In this document: positions 1-6,605 of the stretch, in pieces
Layout: each line of letters starts with the position of its first letter
Numbering within the stretch: position 1 is the stretch's first letter
Origin: an uncultured Verrucomicrobiota bacterium
Lineage (GTDB): Bacteria; Verrucomicrobiota; Kiritimatiellia; JAAZAB01
DNA length: 64,000 bases
Assembly: GCA_964650945.1 (NCBI GenBank)
Contig: CAZYXU010000004.1
Location: 2,594-66,593 of the forward strand
Reading direction: 5' to 3'
Notes under the pieces: generated by a model
The model's database searches: none
Told to the model about the DNA's origin: nothing
Seen by the model: only the letters and a program-made list of their open reading frames with translations
Program-made: the position numbers and the translations under genes

Positions 1-2487
1 GACCGGATACGGCCGCGCATTGGCCGCCAACAGGATATGGCCGCCGGCGGGATTTCGCTTCAACGCAACGTTGATGTCCGGATAACCGTATTGGTCCTTT
101 TCCGGGCCGGCCTTGATATGATCATACTTGATACTCTGTCGCACCTCCGGCGTGAGGACAATCGGCCCGAGCACCTGTATCTGCGCGCTCAACTCCTTCA
201 ACGTGTTCCACGTGGCCTCGTGTTGGATAGGCCACCGGAAGAAATAGAGGCCGCTAACGCCGTGAATCAGCGCAATATAGCACTGGCAGAACTGTTCGTC
301 CCGCATGATGGGCCGCTTGTCCGCGCCGCTGCGGAACTCGGACAGGTGGACCACGTCGAACGGACGATGTTGTTCACGGCTGGCCCGCGCGACATCGTCG
401 AGGGTATGGCCGATGCGATTGGCGGAGCCGGGCTTGGTAGGCACCCAGTAGGGGTGGTGTTCGATGACGTCCGCCCAGGCGAACGGCTTACCCTCGTACT
501 CGTACGCGCCGAAGACAAACGTGGGCCGGTAGCCGTCCACCTCCTGTATCTTGCGATAGAGATCCCGCAACGCCTCGTCCTGAATGGTCACGAACGGCTC
601 ATCAAACATATTGTAGCCCAAAAGGTTGGAGTCCTTGGCCATCAGTTCCACCGCCGCGTAGATGCGGTCTTTCTGGGTGTTGTAATACTCGTTGAACAGG
701 TCAATACGAGCTTTTATCGAGAGCTTGCTGAGTGGATCGTAGACGAGTTCGCATTTGAACGCGGTGAGGCTCTGGCGGCTCGTTTTATTCTGGATAGCCG
801 CCAGTTCCTCGCCCTGAAAATGCTTTGCTAACCCCGTGAGCGGGACGCCGGTCGGCTTGCAGAAGCCTTCCGGACGCCCCATGACCAGCAGGTTGTATTT
901 GGCGGCGACCTTGTTATAGTCCGTCACGGATTCCGGCTCCTCCTGCGTACGCCAATGGATGACGACATTGAATCCGCACTCGGCGACCGCGCGGAACGCG
1001 TCATCCTGCGCGGCGTTGATGCCTGCGAGTATTATACCGAACGGAAAGAAAGGCTTGCCGTCGCGCAGCAGAATGCGGTTGATGCGATCGGTTTTCCACT
1101 CGAAGCCGGGTTTCGGCGCGCGCTTGATGAGCTCGCACGGCTTCGAGAAGATGAGTTCGCCCGTTTTCATCCGGAATTCAACAGTTACCTCGTGCGCGCC
1201 GATGGGCACGGTTTTCAGATTGATGGGCAACATGGCGCACCCGGCAACCTTGTCGAGCCGCCCCAGGATTTCCCCGGCCTGATCCTTCGCGAATAGCGCG
1301 GTCTGGACTAGTCCGTCCTCCGGCATCCCGATCGTGCAGACGGCGATCGCTTCCTGTTCAGTGGTATAGTACGAACGGTCGAGGTGGACGGACATCAGGT
1401 TCAGGACCGCCGTGTCCTTAACCGAAAGCCCCTGAAGCTGCTCGGCGGTCCGCGGGTCCCTGACAACCAGGACGATTCGACGCTCGGTCAATGAGTCCAC
1501 CGGCACGCTCACGGTCATCGCTTGCTTATCATTACCTTTAAGCGCCACCTCGCGGAACAACTCGCGGGGTGCGCCGCTGGCCGGTGTGTCCACAACAACC
1601 ACCGTCAGCGCGCCGGACTCCGGCGTAAGCGACTTGGCCGTGAAAGTGACGTCAAAATGGAACTTTCCCCCGGCTTGATAGTACGCCCCCACCTTGGGGT
1701 CCTCTATCAGTCCCAGGAAGGGAACACGGACCTTGATTTTGTCGAGTCCCTGCAACGCACCAAAGCGGTCGGCTTCATGGAAGCTGTTAACCACCGGGGA
1801 CCAGGTGGAATTATCACGATCTTCACCGGTTTGCATCCCGTAGGGGTCTATCTCCGGCACGACCCGATTGCGCGCGAAGTTGATCTTCGCCTGCGTCAGG
1901 TCGCCGTAGGATACCAACTCAAACAGGGGGATGGCGACCTCGGCGTTCCATCCCGTGTCGGTGACCTTGGTCGCCGAGCGCCAGGTGACGTTCCATCCGA
2001 CATCGGGACTACTCTTCTGCATGACGCGCTTTTCACCCTTGACGTTGGCGAAGCTGAGCAGGTAGTGGTAGTAGAGTGTGCCACCGGTGCCAGGATCGAG
2101 AAAAATTTCCACCGAATCGTCATGGTTAACGGCGGCATCATGGTCAAACACGGTCTGCTTCAGAAACTTCATGCCGGGGTTCGCACAGGTGAACGCCAAG
2201 AACAACCATGTGTTGTCGGCGGTTATGCGGACAGTGGTGACGTCCAAGCGCTTACCTTCTCCCTTGTATAGAAAAAAGTTGTCCGCCACTGCCGCCGTTT
2301 TCCAGCAGGCGTCGTCCAGCACACCGTCCAGAACGGGGGCTGGGGCACAGGTAACAACGGCCGCCGCTGGCAGCGGCGGATCGTCCGAAACCACGCCCCA
2401 CGCCCACGGTGGCAGGCCCAAACCGACCGCCATAACAACGCACATCAGTCCGACAACCGTCCCGCGCGTGCCTGTTTTTGCCATCAT
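1..2487 (-). CDS. Secreted CBM9/DOMON-like carbohydrate-binding domain fused to a TIM-barrel glycoside-hydrolase-like domain (partial; 3' end lies beyond the window)
   Basis: This gene is absent from the ORF track because no stop codon lies inside the window. Reading the minus strand from ATGATG at 2487 gives an open frame down to position 1 (829 codons by my reading). The N-terminus MMAKTGTRGTVVGLMCVVMAVGLGLPPWAWG looks like a signal peptide. The next ~180 aa (PVLDGVLDDACWKTAA, DDSVEIFLDP, YYHYLLSF, GWNAEVAIPL) fit the CBM9-like pattern. The rest (KPFFPFGIIL, AECGFNVVIHW, NMFDEPF) looks like a (beta/alpha)8 hydrolase. The listed + strand ORFs here are Arg/Gly/Ala-rich antisense artefacts. 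Confidence 0.7.
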   Translation of the reverse strand, partial: MMAKTGTRGTVVGLMCVVMAVGLGLPPWAWGVVSDDPPLPAAAVVTCAPAPVLDGVLDDACWKTAAVADNFFLYKGEGKRLDVTTVRITADNTWLFLAFTCANPGMKFLKQTVFDHDAAVNHDDSVEIFLDPGTGGTLYYHYLLSFANVKGEKRVMQKSSPDVGWNVTWRSATKVTDTGWNAEVAIPLFELVSYGDLTQAKINFARNRVVPEIDPYGMQTGEDRDNSTWSPVVNSFHEADRFGALQGLDKIKVRVPFLGLIEDPKVGAYYQAGGKFHFDVTFTAKSLTPESGALTVVVVDTPASGAPRELFREVALKGNDKQAMTVSVPVDSLTERRIVLVVRDPRTAEQLQGLSVKDTAVLNLMSVHLDRSYYTTEQEAIAVCTIGMPEDGLVQTALFAKDQAGEILGRLDKVAGCAMLPINLKTVPIGAHEVTVEFRMKTGELIFSKPCELIKRAPKPGFEWKTDRINRILLRDGKPFFPFGIILAGINAAQDDAFRAVAECGFNVVIHWRTQEEPESVTDYNKVAAKYNLLVMGRPEGFCKPTGVPLTGLAKHFQGEELAAIQNKTSRQSLTAFKCELVYDPLSKLSIKARIDLFNEYYNTQKDRIYAAVELMAKDSNLLGYNMFDEPFVTIQDEALRDLYRKIQEVDGYRPTFVFGAYEYEGKPFAWADVIEHHPYWVPTKPGSANRIGHTLDDVARASREQHRPFDVVHLSEFRSGADKRPIMRDEQFCQCYIALIHGVSGLYFFRWPIQHEATWNTLKELSAQIQVLGPIVLTPEVRQSIKYDHIKAGPEKDQYGYPDINVALKRNPAGGHILLAANARPYPV

Positions 2488-2513
2488 TCCTTGTTCCATT
2501 CTTATAAAATTGA

Positions 2514-2882
2514 CTAATTATGCAACGCATCCAAGCTGGTCAATACCATCCCCGCCGTGATCAATAAAAGGCCGATCCATTGAGAAACCAGGAGCCGACT
2601 TTCAAACGCCCAGCATAAAATGAATTGCGAAAACAAAAATGCGCCGCCGGCGCCAAGCGCCAAGGCCATGTTGGGATTCATGCGCGTGTAGAGTTTCATC
2701 AGCAACAGAATACTGGAAGCGCCGAGCAAGTTCCCCACGGTAAAACCGAGCCACCATCTGAATGAAACGCCCTTACTGCCATATTTAAAGCAAACCTGAG
2801 CCAACATCTGCATGGCCCAAAATAGCAGGAGCAGTACAACGACAACCAACGGCTTAAAAGTAAATAATTTTGTCATTATCAT
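2514..2882 (-). CDS. Small multi-TM membrane protein, SMR/EamA-like (DMT superfamily)
   Basis: This is ORF 2514..2894. About 120 aa are almost entirely hydrophobic and form 4 predicted TM segments (LVVVVLLLLFWAMQ, WWLGFTVGNLLGASSILLL, ALALGAGGAFLFSQFIL, WIGLLLITAGMVL). I prefer the ATG at 2882 over the TTG at 2894. It lies directly upstream of the CBM9-like gene on the same strand. Confidence 0.6.
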   Translation of the reverse strand: MIMTKLFTFKPLVVVVLLLLFWAMQMLAQVCFKYGSKGVSFRWWLGFTVGNLLGASSILLLMKLYTRMNPNMALALGAGGAFLFSQFILCWAFESRLLVSQWIGLLLITAGMVLTSLDALHN

Positions 2883-2928
2883 GGTGCTTTTCAAAAAGTT
2901 TACGGAAATTCACAGAGTAATTTCTTGT

Positions 2929-2944
2929 GAATAATCGTTTATTC
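2929..2944. promoter_or_regulatory. Candidate LacI-family operator O1 (GAATAATCGTTTATTC), upstream of the small-membrane-protein/GH operon
   Basis: A 16-bp near-palindrome with a central CG, matching its own reverse complement at 14 of 16 positions. The core GTGAWTAATCGTTTA recurs at 4063-4077 next to the lacI-family gene. Confidence 0.4.
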
Positions 2945-2982
2945 CACGAGGAAAATTTTTTGTAACATCCATTGCTTTGTCT

Positions 2983-4050
2983 TTAAATACGGTCTGTGCA
3001 CAATGTTTTCGAGTTGCGCACATCCGCCGTGCTTTGCAAGATCAATTCCGGCGTGATTAGAATTTCGGGAGATTTGGGCATACGGCCCAGTTCCAAGTGA
3101 TCATAGAGCATCTCGGTGGCCAACCGCCCCTGAAGTGGTTGATTTTGATAAATACTACAATGAACCACACCCAGTCGAAGGCTCCGCAAAACATCATCGG
3201 ATACACCCGTCGCCACCACCCTGACTTTCCCCGCCAATCCAGACTCCACCAGATATCTGCAAATTCCAGAGGCGTTTTCAGTTCCAATATAGATGCCGCC
3301 AATGTCCGGATATTGTTCAAACAGGTTGCGGGCGACCGGATATCCTTTCGCCGGATCATCGTATGTCTCGCCAATTCCAACCAACTTTAACCGGGATTGA
3401 TTCAGCCTGTTCTGAAATCCATCGATTTTAAAGTCGTGATCCAGTATGCCCTTCCGGCCTATGAAAACCGCAACAGACTGCCCCGGGGTCATCCATTCCA
3501 GAACTTCAGCCGCCATGCGTCCACACCGGCGGCAATCATGCCATACCGAACAAATCTGCGGGCCGCCCGGGAGATCGCTCCCCAGCAAAACAAACGGAAT
3601 TTTGGCCTCTTTGAGAATCCGCCAAGCCTCCTTAAGATATTCCGGACTGTAATCGGACAGACACAGAATCAACCCGGAGACTTTGCTGCCAGCCAAAGCA
3701 TTGATGGCTGATACAAACGCCTTATCATCCCCGGCGGGAATGGCCCGCAAAAGCGCATTGACCCTATGATCGCAGAGCTGCTCCAATCTTTCTTTGGCCC
3801 CGTTAATAAGCAACTCCGTATAACTGGGCCAGACATCAGGATAAACCAGCCCGATCGAGAGAACCGGCCGGGCTAGCGCTTTGGCCAAGGTATTGGGCCG
3901 GTACCCAAAACGCGCGGCAGATTTTATCACCAATTCCCGTGTTTCCGGACTGATACGCGGCTTATTATTCAGGGCCTTGTTGATTGTACAGACCGACAGC
4001 TCGATTTTCTCTGCCAACTGCTTGATTGTGATGCGCGAAGGTGAATTCAC
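2983..4050 (-). CDS. LacI family transcriptional regulator
   Basis: The N-terminal HTH is ITIKQLAEKIELSVCTINKALNNKPRISPETRELVIKSAARFGYRPNTLAKALA. A periplasmic-binding-protein-like sugar-binding core follows. The start codon is GTG. Confidence 0.9.
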   Translation of the reverse strand: MNSPSRITIKQLAEKIELSVCTINKALNNKPRISPETRELVIKSAARFGYRPNTLAKALARPVLSIGLVYPDVWPSYTELLINGAKERLEQLCDHRVNALLRAIPAGDDKAFVSAINALAGSKVSGLILCLSDYSPEYLKEAWRILKEAKIPFVLLGSDLPGGPQICSVWHDCRRCGRMAAEVLEWMTPGQSVAVFIGRKGILDHDFKIDGFQNRLNQSRLKLVGIGETYDDPAKGYPVARNLFEQYPDIGGIYIGTENASGICRYLVESGLAGKVRVVATGVSDDVLRSLRLGVVHCSIYQNQPLQGRLATEMLYDHLELGRMPKSPEILITPELILQSTADVRNSKTLCTDRI

Positions 4051-4062
4051 GTAAAAACACCA

Positions 4063-4080
4063 GTGATTAATCGTTTACCC
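4063..4080. promoter_or_regulatory. Candidate LacI-family operator O2 (GTGATTAATCGTTTACCC) in the lacI / URO-D divergent region
   Basis: It shares 14 of 15 positions (GTGAWTAATCGTTTA) with the site at 2927-2941. It lies 13 nt upstream of the LacI start codon and about 160 nt upstream of the URO-D-family gene. Confidence 0.35.
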
Positions 4081-4240
4081 AAAATATAGCGCGACTCCGA
4101 TTTTTGTCAATAAAAAAGTTTGTAAAACGCGCCAGCATCCCTCCATGGCGGGGTCCGGCCGGACTCCACATGACATCACCGGCCGGCATTTGAATGATCT
4201 GTGCTTGACCCATCGACAATATCGCCACTATCATGCGCGC

Positions 4241-5365
4241 ATGAAATCCATGACATCCCGTGAACGCATGATCTCGGTGATGCGGGGCGAGTTGCCCGAC
4301 CGGGTCCCGTTTTTTCCGACGATTTTCACCGATTACGCCTGCACCGCCTGCGGCCATTCGTTTGAAGACGCCATCATCAACCCGGCGCTCGGCGCGCAAT
4401 GCATGCTCGGCGCCGCGCGCCGGAACCGGACGGACGCCGTGCGGTTCCGGCTGGGCCCGGGAACCGCTTGGTATGCAGAAAAAGCCGTCGTGGCACGCGG
4501 CGGGCAATTGCTGCAAATTGACCGTAAAACCGGCGCCACGGAAGGCCGGTTCGACGTCGAAGGCGGCGGCGCCTTCCATCCGACCGAACCGCCGGCGCCT
4601 TGCGACACGCTGGCGGCCGTCCAGGCCCTGCCCGTGCCGTCGGCGGCGGAATACATACAACGCGGCTGCCTGCAAGACGCCCAACCATGCATCCAGGCAG
4701 CCAAGCGCGAAGGTTTGTTTGCCGTGGCAATGTGCAGCGGGCAGACGATCAACTTCATGGTCGCTCAATTGGGCGACACCGCCACGGCATTGATGTGTTT
4801 GCTTGACAACCCGGCATTGGCCCGGGCTTTGATCGCCAAAGCCGTGGCCATCACCCTGGAACAGGCCAAGGCCTTCATTCAAACCGGCGTGGATTGCGTC
4901 TATATCGGCGACTCCTACGCCTCCGCGAGCGTGATTTCGCCCGACATTTACGAGCAGTTCTGCGCGCCGGCCTACCGGGACATGGCGCGGGAAATTCACA
5001 ACCAGGGCGTGTTTTGCTACAAGCATTGCTGCGGCAATTACAACCCCCTGCTGGAGAGTCTGCCACAAATCGGGATTGACGCCATGGATGGCATCGATCC
5101 GACCAGCGGCATGTCGGTGCTTGAGACCAAGCGCCGCATCGGCGCGAACCTGACGCTCATGGGCGGCATCAGTTGCCTGACATTGCTGAAGGGCACACCG
5201 GAGCAGGTGTATGCCGAGGCCCGGCAATGCGTCCTGGCCGGCAAACCGGGCGGGCGTTACGCGCTGGGCAGCGCCTGCGCCGTCCCGCGCCATACCCCGC
5301 CCGCGAATCTGGACGCCGCCCGGCAGGCAGCAATTGATCACGGGCAATACGCCAAAAACGCTTGA
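4241..5365 (+). CDS. Uroporphyrinogen decarboxylase (URO-D) family protein (MtaA/CmuA-like methyltransferase fold)
   Basis: This is ORF 4145..5365. I place the start at ATG 4241 (MKSMTSRERMISVMRGELPDRVPFFP), which is the typical N-terminus of URO-D-family proteins. The opposite-strand 446-aa ORF is Arg/Gly/Ala-rich antisense noise. Confidence 0.8.
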   Translation: MKSMTSRERMISVMRGELPDRVPFFPTIFTDYACTACGHSFEDAIINPALGAQCMLGAARRNRTDAVRFRLGPGTAWYAEKAVVARGGQLLQIDRKTGATEGRFDVEGGGAFHPTEPPAPCDTLAAVQALPVPSAAEYIQRGCLQDAQPCIQAAKREGLFAVAMCSGQTINFMVAQLGDTATALMCLLDNPALARALIAKAVAITLEQAKAFIQTGVDCVYIGDSYASASVISPDIYEQFCAPAYRDMAREIHNQGVFCYKHCCGNYNPLLESLPQIGIDAMDGIDPTSGMSVLETKRRIGANLTLMGGISCLTLLKGTPEQVYAEARQCVLAGKPGGRYALGSACAVPRHTPPANLDAARQAAIDHGQYAKNA

Positions 5366-5452
5366 ATCCGGCGGTCCCGCCGGGAGGCGGGCGGTGATCC
5401 AGCCCAAGGCGCGGGCCCGGCGGGCATTGCCTGGAAGTCCGGCCAGCGCGCT

Positions 5453-6367
5453 TTATTTGGCCGGATGGACGGTCATCCCCTTGTCGGGCTTGCCGGAAAT
5501 GACTTCACAATAGCTGATCTTTTCCTTGACGGAAGCGACCTTGATCTGGCCGGCCTGCTTCAGTTCCGTGTCCAGCACCTCGCCGGTGTCATCATCAACC
5601 AGGGTCTCCACCGCGCCGACATCAAACACCTGGCCGACTTCCACCCCTTCGCGCGTGCCGCGGTTGATAACGACCTTGTCGCCGGCCTTGATGACCGAGC
5701 CTTCCCATGGAATACTTTCAAGCTGCTTTTCCAGATATTCCACCGCCTGCACCACCGCATTCTCGCAGGCCTTGCCCACATTGTCCTTCTTGAAACCATC
5801 CGCATTGCCGCCAAAGGCCGATCCGCTATAGCCAAAATTCAATCCGCGCCGTCCGGCCTGGCCGACCACCTTGGTGGAGGACTTGACCTGGCCGGTGGTG
5901 GAATCAACAATGTAAATGGTGATGTTGACTTCGGCTTTGTCCTTGGCGCCGCCCAGGCTGAACCCCTTGAAACTGATCCCGCCCCCGCCGCCGGTGGTAC
6001 TGTCCTGCACATGCGTCACCTCGCCCTTGACCAGCAACTGGGCGGGCGTCATCTGGCCGGTTTTGGGCGCCTTTTTGCCGCCAGCCACCCGGCCGGACGC
6101 CGCCAAATCCTGCTCCAACATGGCCTCGCCGCGCATATCCTTCTCGCCCAGCACCACAAACTTGCCGGAGGCCTGCAAGGCATCCGTCAGAATCGAACCG
6201 AAGGCATCGCCAATCTCCCACTGCCCATGCCAGCCGGCCTGGTTTTCAAATTTGGCAACACTGATGGTGTAGCGCAGATTCCCGGCAGCGCTGAACGCCT
6301 GGGACGCAAACAACCCGCCCGCCGCCAGCAACGCCAACCGACCAGCCGTTACGATTTTAGCCTGCAT
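5453..6367 (-). CDS. CsgG/HfaB family secretion-channel-like protein with a C-terminal beta-rich extension
   Basis: It has a signal peptide (AKIVTAGRLALLAAGGLFASQAFSAAG). The body is CsgG-like (ISVAKFENQAGWHGQWEIGDAFGSILTDALQASGKFVVLGEKDM, PAQLLVKGEVTHV, VNITIYIVDSTTGQV). I chose the ATG at 6367 because GGGAGG lies 4 nt upstream; the ATG at 6379 is also possible. No other curli genes lie nearby. Confidence 0.75.
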   Translation of the reverse strand: MQAKIVTAGRLALLAAGGLFASQAFSAAGNLRYTISVAKFENQAGWHGQWEIGDAFGSILTDALQASGKFVVLGEKDMRGEAMLEQDLAASGRVAGGKKAPKTGQMTPAQLLVKGEVTHVQDSTTGGGGGISFKGFSLGGAKDKAEVNITIYIVDSTTGQVKSSTKVVGQAGRRGLNFGYSGSAFGGNADGFKKDNVGKACENAVVQAVEYLEKQLESIPWEGSVIKAGDKVVINRGTREGVEVGQVFDVGAVETLVDDDTGEVLDTELKQAGQIKVASVKEKISYCEVISGKPDKGMTVHPAK

Positions 6368-6392
6368 AATGCCTCCCATACCATAAACAATT

Positions 6393-6425
6393 ATAACAAG
6401 AATAACAATAACAAGAATAACAAGG
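6393..6425. repeat. Imperfect tandem repeat ATAACAAGA / ATAACA / ATAACAAGA / ATAACAAGG in the csgG-like / kinase divergent region
   Basis: Read directly from the sequence. The ATAACA core occurs four times at spacings of 9, 6 and 9 nt. On the csgG-sense strand this reads as TTGTTAT repeats 14-46 nt upstream of the first ATG. Confidence 0.8.
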
Positions 6426-6605
6426 GCCGCAATTCGCGCCGGCCCACTGTATTGCTATATTTCTATATGGCAAAAATGCTTTTAAAAGTCAACACGCAAA
6501 CATGGCCGGACGGAACGATTTTTTTGCCTTGACCGATTTTGCTGGCGGTACGGCATCCAACCTGTTATGTTTCTTAAGTTTAATCACGGACGCGGACGGA
6601 ATGTG

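Noticed and set aside
37-2271. The + strand ORFs 37..831, 955..1296 and 1522..2271 as the genes of the first 2.5 kb.
   Set aside because: All three are low-complexity and lack motifs. The minus strand in the frame of position 2487 is open across the whole region. It encodes a signal peptide, a CBM9-like domain and a GH-like barrel, so the real gene is the unlisted partial minus-strand CDS.
5376-5391. A bidirectional terminator hairpin, CCCGCC-GGGA-GGCGGG, between the convergent URO-D-family and csgG-like genes.
   Set aside because: The stem is only 6 bp and no U/A tract lies on either side. This is too weak to call.
4067-5407. Long ORFs lying antisense to recognisable genes: 4067..5407 (-), 5465..6532 (+), 7899..8849 (-), 10361..11470 (+), 17074..19275 (+), 39096..40520 (-), 49038..50165 (-), 53035..54345 (-), 56808..57818 (+), 60533..61495 (-).
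   Set aside because: Their translations are dominated by Arg, Gly, Ala and Pro, with no family motifs. This is the usual open antisense frame of a GC-rich genome. In each case the opposite strand encodes a protein with clear family signatures.
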